From the NCBI GenBank assembly GCA_020891255.1, contig BQFW01000007.1:2542001-2606000 (forward strand): a stretch of DNA of 64,000 bases, given 5' to 3'. How positions within the stretch are numbered: the first letter of the stretch is position 1; every line of letters starts with the position of its first letter. The notes below the pieces were generated by a model. It did not search any database. It was not told where the DNA came from and was given only the letters and a program-made list of their open reading frames with translations. Origin of the DNA: Entomortierella parvispora E1425. Its lineage: Eukaryota; Fungi; Mortierellomycota. The translations under genes were made by a program, and so were the position numbers. Shown in pieces: positions 45,689 through 58,600 of the stretch.

Positions 45689-48600
45689 ATGCATCATTCT
45701 CAAAAGCCTGCCGCCAGCGCATCTCGCTTGTCTTCTTGCGAGATCTTTCAGGCACTGAGGGACCACCCACTCGACGTCCAGATCTCGTACAAGATCCAAT
45801 CGCAAGAGGAGATCGACAAAGGATTCTACCCCGCAATCGCACCTGAAGATGATCCCTCAGTCACCCACGCCCGGATCTTGAACGTCCTCCCAACAGAATC
45901 TCGAGTGGTCGATCACATTCTCTTTCCCAGCTCAGCTATCCCCGGCTCTGTCCCATCTCCCCCAAGGCAGCTGATGCTATCGAGTCGGATGGAGAAGCTC
46001 TCCGATCAGAGCTGTGTCCGGATTCTGGAATTAACTTTGGCCTCCTTTCCTCACTCTTCCAACGGCGAGGCAGAGTCAATGACCTCGTTGATTGAGATGC
46101 AATTCCTCAAAGCATCGCTACCCCTCTCATTCAAGTCCAAAGCCTTGTTTGCGAACGGTTATCAGAGTTGGAGTACCAGCTATCTCGGATCAGACAAAAC
46201 TTCGACCTTTGAACCACCTAATTGGCTGTATGGTGAATTGACTCAGCTTCATATGGCCTCGGATAAGCACATCTACGATTATCCTGGTGTACCCGGGAAG
46301 GTGCATTCGAATCTGGTGACTATCTTGAGAGATCAAATCATGGATGTCAAAGAACTGGACAGCCAACAGCGAGAGGAGACTGATTCCTGTCGACCCGAGG
46401 AACTGGTGCTATGTGGATCTCTGTCTGAAGACGAGGGCTATACTTACTTCTTGATGGACACCAATCAAGGTATCATGACCCTGCTCCAAGATTGTCTTGG
46501 GAAACAGGTACCGTTTTCAAACACAAAAGCGTGTGCTGCCTTGCCTTTATTTGATCGTCCGAGGCTTACTAACACGAGCCCCATCGGGTCAATTCCCATT
46601 ATCCAATCTAGCTCGGAGGTGAAAGGGACAGGTTGACATTCAAGACCTTCATAGCTTGGTCGGATCAAGACACGGTTATCTGGGATGAGTATGCGTCGCA
46701 GTGGAAGGCACAGTTCCGAGATCGTCGCGCCATTCAGGACTCGCTGAACAACCAAATCTCGGGATGGACCTCCTGGTATCTCCATTATGAAGACATTTCC
46801 GAAAAGATTCTGCTGGAGAACCTACACCAGTTCACAGCCTCGGCCAGCCTGACCTCAGGAGACGAACGCAAGAAATGGCCCGCCAAAGTGTTTCAGATTG
46901 ACGATGGGTATACGGTCGTTGGGGACTGGTTGGAGTGTAAGAGGGATCGGTTCCCCAATGGGATGAAGGCTATGGCGACCGCGATCCGGGAACGTGGATT
47001 GACACCCGGACTTTGGTTGGCTCCGTTTTTGGCATCCAGAAGGTCAAAAATTGTGAAGGAACATCCAGAATGGTTCTTGAAGAAGGCCGGGTTGGAGGGA
47101 CAACAAAGTCAGTCAGGATCCAAAGGATCCATCAAATCGGTATCAGGAAGGCTAAGACTCGATTGCTTTGCGACAACAGAGTGGTCCGACTCCACAGATT
47201 TGATGTTTGCCCACCCTGCCTTCCATGCGGGAACCTATGCCATCGACTTGGAGCTTCCAGCTGTGAGGAACCATCTCCAAGAAGTCTTTCGTACGGTCGT
47301 GCACGACTGGGGGTTTAAGCTCTTGAAGCTAGATTTCCTTTTTGCGGCGGCGCTAGTTCCCCGAAACGGTAAAACTCGAGGCCAGCTCATGTTTGAATCC
47401 ATGCAGATGATCCGTTCCTGGGTTGGTCCCGAGACCCTCCTCCTGGGCTGTGGCGTTCCTTTGGGATCGAGTTTTATGGTCACGGATTTCTGTCGGATTG
47501 GTTGCGATGTAGGGGCGGAATGGGACTCTCTCCAATGGTGTTTTCACGACCGAGAGTACATCTCTTGCTTTAATTCGTTAACTTCGACATTGGCGCGATG
47601 GGCAATGTCAGGCCGATTCTTTGGGAACGATCCGGACGTGTACTTTATCCGGGACTGGAGCATGAGCTTGTCGACCAGGGAGCGGAGGACACTGATGATC
47701 CTAAATCATTTGCTGGGGCATTTGGTCTTTTCCTCTGATCCCTTTGACGTTGAGCGATTCTCGGGAGAACAAAAGAAGATGCTTGATGACCTATTCCCGT
47801 GGTATTCAACCCCTGGATTGGAAAAAAGGTCAGGTCGCAATGAAGAAAGACAGGAGAATTTTGGTCCGCTACCACCACCTCATGAAATTGTCCGTGTCTT
47901 ACAGCCGAGTGCCACTATCAAGGATCTATATTTGATCCAGATACAGGTCCCTGCCTCATCATTGTCCTTGGCAGAAAACGAAATAGACCGCAGCGAGCGG
48001 GACAGAACGTTGATCGTGGCCACCAATCTGACATCCAAGAAACAAACGGTCCATCTTAGTCTTCTAGACAGGATCCTGGCCAAGCAAGAGGATGATGTCC
48101 TGGAGGCGTCTAGGTCCTCGTCTTCATTGGCAAAACCGCGATCGAGACAAGCTTCAGTTTATTTTCAGGCCGAGACGGGCCAGTTTGGTTCTTCTGCCGC
48201 TGCTTATTCGATCAGACCCCACGACACCGTCGTATTCTTGCGCGTCGTCGACACTTACGGCCGTCTGTGTGGTCTCACTCCTACACACCAGCCTCTGCCT
48301 TTATACAAGCAACATCATTACCATCAAGATTTGCTTCGACATTTGCATCTTCCAACTACTGCCTCCTCTCCTGAAGGCACCAACGCTGGTCCTCAAGCAG
48401 GGGGTGATGTGGTCATGATCGCGACTCATGGAGGTCATGCTCTTCCTCTGACGGAAATCGATACCTTTTCCAAGCCAGACATTTCCAACAAGGACCCTCA
48501 CCAGCTCACGATCCGCTTCCGGCCGTCCCGCTTTACGACCAAGCAGGTCCAAATCTGGTTTGCCTTGAGAACACCCTCAGCCACAGAAGCGTCCTCCTCC

Positions 48601-48774
48601 CCAGTGACATCCAACAGCACAGGCAATTTGATCCGCAACAGGAAATCTATAGCAAACGGCAAGTCAGAGGACCAGTCCACCCTTTGGACAGTTAATGGCT
48701 CCCCTTTGCAGATTCATTCTCATATCAATATCGGGCCTGGGATTACATTGGCCAGCACAACCCTCTTCATCTGA
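45689..48774 (+). CDS. Glycoside hydrolase family 36 alpha-galactosidase (bacterial GalA-like type), 2 exons, ~993 aa
   Basis: FANGYQSWS; GWTSWY; VFQIDDGY; RFPNGMK; PGLWLAPF; nucleophile KLDF; acid/base RIGCD. Intron 46508-46611 (GT, TACTAAC branch, TAG) joins the two ORF-track ORFs in frame. Confidence 0.88.
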
Positions 48775-48858
48775 TAAATATCCATAGCACAGTTTTGCGG
48801 ACAGTAACAATTTCTTTTTTTTTTATTAATGCAATCACATAAAGGGTTTTTGAGGGAC

Positions 48859-51800
48859 TTAGAACTTCTTTTCAATCTTGCCCGTAGCGGGGTTAAATGT
48901 GTATCCTCCAGATTTGAACAATGGGCTCGACAGGAAGGGTTGAATGTCGTGAATTTCCAAAGCCGATGCCCGATCCTTCAGCTCGATCAACTCGATCTGC
49001 ACAGACTCCAGTGCCGTCCTTGGGTTGCGGATCTGGTTGAATCTCAAATGCTCCCTCAAGATATCGTTCAAGATCGAGAACAAGAGCTCGTCGCTGTCCT
49101 TGGCGAATGTCAGGTATTTGTTGAAGGCTCTCTTCAGGTTGCGCATCACAGAGAACTTTTGAGCACTGAAGAAACTCTCCAGCATCACGCGAATTGCCAT
49201 ATCAATATCGTCCGAACGAGCGTACTCGCGCAGGTGCATCTTGGCATTTGCCTCTGACATGCGGATCATCGATTCCAAATGACGGACTGTGATGGGGATA
49301 CTGCCACCGGCCAACGACTCACGACGGAGATCCGCATACAGACGAGCAATCTTGTCCTGGTCCATCTGATGGATCTTTGGGTGGATTCTGTCACGAGCAT
49401 ACATGATGTATTTGCGCAACATATCTTGGGGAATGATCTAGAAACAACAAGAAGGAAATGTTGATCGATTGTCAGTAATATGCATTGCAATAAAAAAAAA
49501 AAAAAAAAAAAAAAAAAGCGTTTCCGGTGGCAAAAGATGTATCCAAACCTACATCAACATCCTCTGGCTCGGTCATATTCATTTGGTCCAACTCCACAGA
49601 GAACTGGGGGTGGCTCCGGAGATGAGAGTTAAGGACAAAGTTGGCGAGGCGCTCATCCACTGTGGGATCCACTGTATCCTTGACAACGCAGAGCACATCG
49701 AAACGAGACAGAATAGGCTCTGTCAATTCGACGTTCTCCGAAAAGGTCACGGCAGGGTTGTAACGGCCACGAATAGGGTTGGCAGCTGCGAGAATGGAGC
49801 AGCGAGCCTGCAACGTCGTGACAATACCGGCCTTGGAAATCGAAATACTTTGCTGTTCCATAGCCTCGTGAATACTGGTTCTGTCGGCATCATTCATCTT
49901 GTCAAACTCGTCAATCAAGCAAACACCCTTATCGGCCAACACCAAAGCTCCTCCTTCCAGAGTCCACTCGCGTGTAATGGGGTCCTTTCTGACCGAAGCA
50001 GTCAAACCGACAGCAGAAGCTCCCTGTCCAGTTGTGAAAACGGCCCTGTGTGCAGTCTTTTCGACATACTTCAAGAACTGAGATTTGGCGGTACCAGGAT
50101 CTCCCATCATCAACACGTTGATATCTCCACGAAGACGATGCTTTCCTTGAGGATCCTTAGGAACACCTCCAAAGAGGGAGAGCGCAATCGCAGTCTTGAT
50201 ATCCTCGTGTCCATAAATTGAAGGTGCGATACTCTTGATGATCTGTGAAAAGTGGAGGGAAAATGTTCATATTAGCTCGTTTTGACTTGTTACAAGGAAA
50301 TGTCGAAAAAGGAGTATCCAATGCTTACTCTCTTGCCAATGTTCTCATCCTTGGCGAGTCTAAGAATCTCCTTGTGGTCCTCCTCGGTCAGTCTGAAACT
50401 GGCGAAAACATCCCGCTTCTTGTTGACATAATTGGCCTCCAAAACAGTGGCAAAGACGGGGAAACCGTTGGCAGAGTTGAGAGAAACGTCAAAGTTGTTT
50501 CTGTACACACCAGTGATTTCCTATTCAGAGAGTAAAACAAAGAGCAGTCGTCAGGCACTGATTGTACCACTAGTCCCTGATTGATACGTCGTAATTTAGA
50601 AGTCTTGACTTACAACTTCCTCTCCAGGCTTAGCACTGTCAATCAAGTCCCAGAGCAGAATAACTTCACGATGACGGGGGAGACGACCTGCTGGAACAGT
50701 GCCGGGTGACTCCTGAAGGGTCATCTTTTGGTAGTTGCGGTAAATAGTTTGCTCAGCGTTGACCAAGAAAGGTCCCTTGGAGGGACAGGAAGTACAGTTG
50801 GTAATCGACAGCTCGGTTTGCGAATCCTGGTAGAAAGGTCCCAAAGTTGCTCCACATTTCACGCAGTCGTACTTGACATATTTCAGCTGAGGAAAAACTC
50901 CTGTTCTTCTGGTAACCACACCTGTCACTTGGACCAAGCAGTTCAAGTCAGCTTGGCTAAAATGATAAAAAAAAAACACACTCCATTAGTTTTACATCGT
51001 GCAGTTTCTCTTACTAAAGCACTTCTTCAACATACCGAAGATCACGAAGGGTCGAAATGATGGGAAGGTTTGTAATGCGAACGTGAATCTCGGCATGAAT
51101 GCGTCCGTAGTCAGGGTACTCCATTTGAACAACCTCGAATGCGATAGTGTCAAACATCTTCAAGACTTCTTGAGGAGCATTGACGACAAAATAGGCCAGA
51201 GTCGCCTTTGCCTGGGAGAGGTGGCGATAGTTGACCTCTAAGCTCTCCTTGTTGCTCTCTCCAAGGGCTCGGATCAAAGGACCGTAAACAGACTCTCCCT
51301 GAGCATCCACAAACTCCAGCAAGAATCTCCTGAACTCTGACATGATGGTGCGGCGTGTCAACTCCTTGGTGACCCACTCTGTGATGGGCATGCCCTTGTT
51401 GTCGGAAAGTTGCTCTGGTGACAAGATAACATTCGACTAAAGGGGGTTGGCGTATAAGATGTATTATGTTAGTCCAAGCTGCTCCGTTATTCGCATCACA
51501 GTCGTCTTCGAAATTTATCCTCGCATGTACGCACCATATCATCAAAGTCATTCTCCAACAAGTCCTGTTCGTGAACTCGTCTCTTGCGGTGAGTAACATT
51601 GAGATCCGCGTCATCTATTGCAGTTGAGAGAATGCCGAGAATCGTTAAGTTTCTAGGGGTACTTCTTGAATGGCAGTTCGTTTTTATAAGAAATATCGTC
51701 GACACATACCATCCAAGAACGCCTCTGGAATCCTGCCCATCAATCTAGCACGTTCGTTGTCTCGTCTGTTCAACAGGGCTTCGACCTTTGCACGCTCCGC

Positions 51801-52274
51801 TGGGTCCATGCGATCCATCTCTTCGTCGTCAATGTCGTTAGGGTCATAGTTGTCAAGGCGCACGTTCTCGGCATAGTCACTAGCGAAAGAAGAATATGAT
51901 ATTTCGTCAATACAAAGGTCAAAATTGAATCTCACAGGGAAGCAAACGACATGCTGCACGAATAGGGCTACTTACTTTTCCATGTCGGATCCGTACAAGT
52001 CCTCTCCCTCGCCTTCGAGGTCCTCGTCCACTAAGTCAGAGACAAGCTCATTGTCAAAGTCACCATTGTCCTCTGGATCAGACGATGGCAATGGGGGCGA
52101 GGATCTGAGAATGGGTGAACTGGGAGGGTTGTTCCAGTTTGGTGTTGTAGCATTGTTGTCTTCTCTTTGGCGCTTGCGGTCAGCCTAATGTAAAGTATTC
52201 ACTCCAGGGGTCAGTCCCTCCAGTCAACGCGGATTTGCTTTATGAGCTAGTAGTCCGATTCCTGAACTTGCCAT
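48859..52274 (-). CDS. MCM2: DNA replication licensing factor MCM2, multi-exon (first exon is the ATG alone)
   Basis: N-terminus PPSSP...[11 protein letters not shown]; [10 protein letters not shown]; [15 protein letters not shown]; Zn finger CVKC...CTSC; Walker A GDPGTAKS; IDEFDKM; [10 protein letters not shown]; arginine finger SRFD; LRKYIMYAR. Confidence 0.97.
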
Positions 52275-52510
52275 TGTATCTCAGTCTCGTGTGCGTGAAG
52301 GTAGAATTGAGGGACAAGGATGAATGAGCGAGGATGGCAGATGACAACCGAGATGGGATGAGATGGGATGAATGCTTGCAGGGGACCTGTCGAGAAAAAG
52401 AACGCCACCACCACTTTCTCGAGCGTGTGTGTAGAGCTCGTCGATACGTAAATTAAAAAGGGTCGAGACCAAACAAAAAAAGCCACAACCAAAATACACG
52501 GCCAAAAAGG

Positions 52511-52516
52511 ACGCGT
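52511..52516. promoter_or_regulatory. Candidate MCB cell-cycle element upstream of MCM2
   Basis: ACGCGT ~240 bp upstream of the MCM2 ATG; a single site, so weak on its own. Confidence 0.35.
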
Positions 52517-52600
52517 CAGTCACATGATACTGAAAAGCTAGGTTATTTTTAAATTTTATCGTTGTTTTTTTAAAAAAAATTATTCAAAGAAAACCTGTAG

Positions 52601-53434
52601 TCATTGGGGATCGTGCGCACCTCCCTCTGTAGAGTCTCCCATCTTGATGTCTGAGAGATCGAGTGAGAGACCGGTCGACAGCTCTCCTGGAGCTATGGCA
52701 CTTCCTTGACTTGACAACATGAATGACTCGTCCGCTACTAGAGAGGGCATAGATTGCTCTGTCGTACTTTGCTCCAAAACACCCTTCTCTCCCGCCATGC
52801 CTCCTCTCATTTCTCCCTCTGACAGCCCTATTGCTAAATCTGTTGCCGTTGCACTTGTTTCCTCTTCGTCCTTCACTGATGCCTTCAAGGCATGGGGTAT
52901 CCTTTGTTCGTTGCTGCTGTTCTCTTCCGTTGCATGACTAAACACTCCTCCAGCGAGGTAGCTTGCTAATTGTGCTCTGGTGGATCCACAATAAAAGTTT
53001 CGGTTAGTGCGAGTATATGAAAATGATGTCAATTCTCAAGATATATTGCAGGGAGTGGAAAGATGCAAAAAAATCAAAATATAAAAAAGACCATACTTCT
53101 TTCTTTCCAAGACCTCAAGTTCCTCTGCCAATATACGGTCCTGTTCATCGGGAGATAGATCTGCTCCTGGAAGGTGATCCAGGATCATTTGACACTTTTT
53201 GAAGCTGGTCTTCAAGTTGGAGGCCAAGGCTGCAATCTCCTGAGCATCCTCGCCAGACTCAACCCGTTGGATGATGTGCAGGAGTTGTGAGAGAAATGAA
53301 AAGTCTGAGGGCTGGAATGTCTGCTCCTGCTGAGTGTCTCCCGAGTTTTGAGCGATGGTTGGCATTGACATTGTCGATAGTCCTTGGTGCGCGTGTTGTC
53401 GATTGAGATGCGAAAGGGTGAGTTCATTTGACAT
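52601..53434 (-). CDS. MED9: Mediator subunit 9-like protein, 2 exons
   Basis: FSFLSQLLHIIQRV...EIAALASNLKTSFKKCQMILDHLPGADLSPDEQDRILAEELEVLERKK matches the Med9 helical pattern; acidic low-complexity second exon. Confidence 0.75.
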
Positions 53435-53543
53435 GCTTGGTTCAAGTTCCTGGCTGCAGATCATTCGCAGTCACACTTTTTCGTTCTTTTTGGCTTTCAC
53501 CCGGGAGATCTCGAGACCTTCCGCATCAACCTGACCAAGGACA

Positions 53544-55174
53544 ATGGCGACCTCAAGACGAATTTTTACAATGGCAGGACGCGTTGGCAATGGACTCGGC
53601 ATTAGGTCATTCGACCGGGTAGGGCATTAGCGATGAGCTGTAATGTATTCAATTGGGAGTTAAAATAACATGCTTCTTCACGTCTGACCACCACCTTTCC
53701 CCTTGCCCCGAACTAGTGCCGCGCCTCAAATGCTCGCCTCCTGACGACGGTGGCAGCAGGAACATCGTCGTCAAAGAAGGGGTCGCATCTCAAACCAAAG
53801 CCAGTCATCTTTAGTGGCATTCAGCCTACAGGACAACCTCATCTCGGGAATTATCTCGGAGCAATTTCGAACTGGGTGGCTCTTCAGGAACAAGCTCACG
53901 CTGCTCAAGAAACCCTCTTGTTCAGTATCGTGGATTTACATGCGATCACTTTGCCCCAGGACCCCGCTAAGCTGAGGAAAGAGAGACGCGAGATGGCCAT
54001 CACATTACTTGCTTGTGGCATTGATCCAGAGAAATGTATTCTGTTTGAACAGTCAAGGGTAAGACTGCGGTCTTGAATTGATCAGAGACCGAAGGTAGCT
54101 GCATTGGCTGATATTGGTAATTCGACGGATTCTAGGTGTCTGGGCACTCGGAATTAGCATGGATTTTGAACTGTATGACTCCTGTCAGTTGGCTTGCAAG
54201 AATGACTCAGTGGAAGGTAGGGTCTCGAAACATGGAGCAGTGGTGTCAACTTGGATCAGAGTTTGACTCGGTAGACCCACTATATATTCACACCATATAT
54301 TTACGAACTCCTAGTCCAAGATGAATGTCACTAAAGGGATTGAGACCCTTGACGATGTCAATGCAACCACTGGACTTCAATTAGGACTTTTTGCCTATCC
54401 AGTCCTCATGGCCGCAGATGTTTTGTTATACAAGTAGGTTAGCGACTTTAGATTTTCTTGGGAATAGGTCCTCGGGTACTAACTGTTGTTTCCGGTTCTC
54501 ACTAGGGCCACAAAGATCCCTGTGGGAGAAGATCAGATCCAACATCTTGAGCTGGCTCGAGACATCAGCGTGACTTTTAATAAGACTGTGAAGCAAAGGT
54601 TCTTTCCACCTCCTAGAGCCATTATCAGTGAGTGATCGGCAGGATATTGCGCCGCTTCGTTACGTCTTACAATTTCGAGTACTAATCCACTCCTGTCATA
54701 TTTATCTCATCTACTGCTCTGATAGCCGAGACGAAACGCGTCATGTCACTCAGGGACCATACTAAAAAGATGTCAAAGTCAGACCCGTCGGACCAAACTC
54801 GTATCAATTTGGTGGATAGTCCAGACACTATCTTGTCGAAGATCAAACGAGCGACAACGGATTCGATCAGAGGAATTAGCTATGATCGGGAGGAACGACC
54901 TGCCGTGGCCAACCTTGTAGAGATCTATGCGGCAATGAAAAAGGTGTCAGTTGCAGACGTCGTTCAGGAGCATGCAGACTCTACGAACGCAGTATTCAAA
55001 GAGGCGTTGGCTGACGTTCTCATCACGTCTCTGCGACCCATTCAAGAGGAAATGTCCCGCCTGCAGAAGGAGGATGCTTTTGTGCAGGCTGTTCTTGACA
55101 AAGGAGCGTCGAGGGCGTCCGAGATTGCAAAGCCCAACCTGGAGGAAATCCAAAAGCTGGTTGGCCTGCGCTGA
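53544..55174 (+). CDS. MSW1: Mitochondrial tryptophanyl-tRNA synthetase, multi-exon
   Basis: Presequence-like exon [25 protein letters not shown]|CRASNARLL; [18 protein letters not shown] (HIGH-type); [12 protein letters not shown]; [15 protein letters not shown]-type motif; KMSKS. Bacterial-type TrpRS. Confidence 0.94.
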
Positions 55175-55461
55175 AAGGAGTAGACCCTTGCTGAAGGTAT
55201 CACTCGGTCAATAAAAGGGACCCCTGAAACATCGCAAGTCTTTTTAATTTGTGTGTGGAGGGGTGCACAAAGATCGCTGCGAGCCACATGGCGCAGTCTC
55301 GGTCAGGGCGGGTGGGTCACCCACAAATGACAAATAGCCTGGCAGGCAGGACGGATATGGAAAATGCACCCCGAGCCGATGGAAACAGAGTGTAATGGGC
55401 GGGAGGATGATGGCTGCATGAAGAGGTGAGGCCTTTTCACTGTTCCCACCGTTCCTGTCCT

Positions 55462-55508
55462 TCCATTCATCCATCCATCCATTCATTCATCCATCCATCC
55501 ATCCATCC
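55462..55508. repeat. (TCCA/TTCA)n microsatellite
   Basis: Tandem CATC/CATT units upstream of the Zap1-like gene. Confidence 0.8.
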
Positions 55509-55662
55509 GCGTTCATCACCCCACTTAGACATTGCCTTCCTTCCCCTCCACCCTCCTTCCATTCATGAGGTTCTCCGTCCACACATCGACTACAACATTC
55601 TCCCGGTCCAGCATTTTTTGACGCCAGGCATTACTCTGGCATCCTCTTTTTAGTTCCTCATA

Positions 55663-58600
55663 ATGTCGTTGCCATCGTCCTGTTTTGTCTCCTGTCAAGA
55701 GCAGTCTTGCTTAGCAGAACAACCTCCGAGGCGTCTCTGCTGCCCCCCTATTCCTTCTGCCTCTCATGATTGTTGCTCTGGCATGCCCCAAACTGGACCG
55801 TCCACAGTAGTCGACGGTGGCCCTTGTTGCAGGTCATCTCCTTCACGATCCTACACGCCGACCCTCTCATCCTCGCGAACATGCTCTCCCATCGTAGATG
55901 ATGGAGGATCGTGCTCCGAATCCTACGTCCAGTCCACCTCTCTGTCTCCTCCGTTGCCGCCAACAACTGGCCAGAATTTAGAAGAGATTGAGTGCTGCAT
56001 TATCGACTCGGTTTTGAAGGAAGGCATCAGTTCAATATGCTGTCAGGACTTGTTGCCTGCGGGCGAAGTGGCCCTTAGAGTCAACCCTATAGAGCAATTG
56101 AGCCCTTGTCCTGAGAGCGAGGATGCTGTCTCTTCGTCTTTGACATATTCGATAAAGAGTACCACAGTCTGTTGCACCAAACACGAGGGGCTCTTTAATA
56201 CAGGCCAGTCTAGCATGGCCTCATCTTCAGATATTCCCACACCTTTCTCCTTGAATTCATCCCCGAAACTTGGAAATGCAAGACCACCATTGCCTGACTT
56301 GACAAAACAGGCACCCACTCCTCAAGATTCTCGGGCTAACAGTTGCTCCAGCCAATGCAGTGGCGGACCTGGAAGAACAACCCTAAGAGCACTGCATTCA
56401 GCGAGCCCATTGCTCCCATCTCGATCTTATTGCACACCAAAAGGCTCCCCTCTAGCTTCAGTGGCGGACATTTGTCAAGAGTCAGCGAAAGCTGAGTGCT
56501 CATCAAGAGAAGGCGGGCCTGGGTCGCAAGAGGCGTGTGCGGTAGATGGGGGTGCATGCATCCCCGCATCTCCGCCTCAACAATGTCCGTCGTCGCCGCC
56601 GCCGTCTTTCTCCTCCACAGCAAAAGTGAAAGGGTGAGTATTTTTGCGCTCTCTCTCTCTCACTCTCCGTTCTGCCCCCATTCATCCACGGGAAATGAAA
56701 ATGAAAAAAAAGGAGAGATGCGAGCTGGGCCTCTGTCCAGCACGGGATTAACGTTCGATCAGGGGCCGCGCTCAATGAACCCAAAGTTGGTTTTGATTGA
56801 CATATTTTCAGCCCGCGACCAACAACAAACAAATGGCTTGCACCTCAATATTCTCCGGACCAAACAGAGGCCGAGGCAGACGTTTCTGTCAGACTCACTC
56901 TGACCATACTCACAGCAGCTCTGGGCGGAATAGATCGTGCGCTTCCTTTCTTCCTGCTCATCTGCTCTTTTGCGTCTTCTTTTGGTCCTCTTCCATCGTT
57001 CCCTTGAGTCCCCCCACCACAGCTGGCCACCCCCCTTTCTCCCCTTCCCCCATTCCCCCATTTCTCCAGACGCAGATCAAATGGGCTTTTGCCGTTATTC
57101 TTCTTTTTTAATTTTCTTTTTCTTCTTTTGATTCCTTTTTTTTTTTTTCCTCCATCCTTGATTGCGCCGGTACAGTATAGCATCAATGCATTTAACTGTG
57201 CACGATCCTTTCTGCCAGGGTCCAACCCTGCTTGACACAACAACAGCCCGATCCTTGGGAACAATGATCATCCTCCGCAAAAAGGAATAACCACTACCCC
57301 AACCCCCTCAATCTATCTTTGACTTCATCTATCTTTGCTGAGAAAAGATTACTGACGCGACAGCATTCATCCGATTCTTATTTCTGTCACGCCATAGCTC
57401 CACTTGCGAAACCGGGTATAACTGTAACCCCGGTAGAACTTACACAGCCAATTCAGCTTCCTCCATTTCATCCTCGGCCCCTACTTCTCTCTTGCCTTTG
57501 TACCCTTCGCCGCCAAAGTCGGATTCATCAACCACCATGGCACCACAGTTTCTACCCTCATCCTCTACCTCTACCAATCCCTCCACCTTCGCCTCAACAT
57601 CCCCCTCCTTGGACTGGACGACTAATGCTCCCAATTCCAGCTGGCGGCCTCTTCTCTCAGATCTGATGGATGCGCAGACTACCGCCACAAACCCCAGTGC
57701 CTATCACTTCCAGACCGCCTCCCCCTCTTCGTCGTACTCTACTTCCTCGCTGTCATTTCAACTGTCGCCCGGATCTTCAGTCAAGCGCGAGTGGATTGAA
57801 CCTGACAGTCAACACTGTCGCTGGGCTGGGTGTGTTCACCCAGATCCGATACCAGTCAATGAGCTTCTGAGGCATATCTCGATAAGCCATGTCGTTTTCC
57901 AGATGAGAGTCCCCGTTGTGTGCCAATGGCAAAGCTGCTGGCTGCAGCATCTTAATGGAGAATCATTGCTGTACCACCTTCAAGCGGATCATGGCCTGGG
58001 ATGTATGCCCGATCCAAACATTTTGAGCCCTAGTGTAGGAACACCGTTCAAGCAGGACTTTGGTTGGCAGCAGCCTCAGCAACACCAACAACATCAACAG
58101 CAGCCTCAGCAGCACCAGCAACATCAATCGCAGCCTCAACAGCATCAGCAACAGCATCAACAACAGCATCAACAACAGCATCAACAACAGCCCCAACAGC
58201 AACCTCAGCAGCAGCCCCAACAGCAACCTCAGCAGCAACCACAGCTGCAACCTCAGCAGCAGCCCCAACAGCAGCCCCAACAGCAACCTCAACAGCATCA
58301 ACAGCAGCAGCCTCACCCTCAACAACCAGTAGTATATCATCAACCATTGCCTCGTCTACAAGTGCAGCAGCAGGTGTCTTACTCTCATCTCCCCTCCTCA
58401 TACCAGCAACCCCTTCCTCACCAACCTCTACCACATCAGCAACTCCAGCAACAGCAGCCAGCTGGATTTTGGGACACCTCTTCATGGCAGTCAGTAACCG
58501 AGTCAACTATGGACACTGAACCCTCTGAATACCCATCCTCCTTATCGCCATCACTGGCCCTGTCATCCACGCCATCCAGGAATGAACTCACACCTAGATA

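Noticed and set aside
57963-58519. Antisense and alternative-frame poly-L/V/A/S ORFs over the Zap1 polyQ tract (and similar ones at 33404 and 35335)
   Set aside because: Shadows of CAG/CAA repeats.
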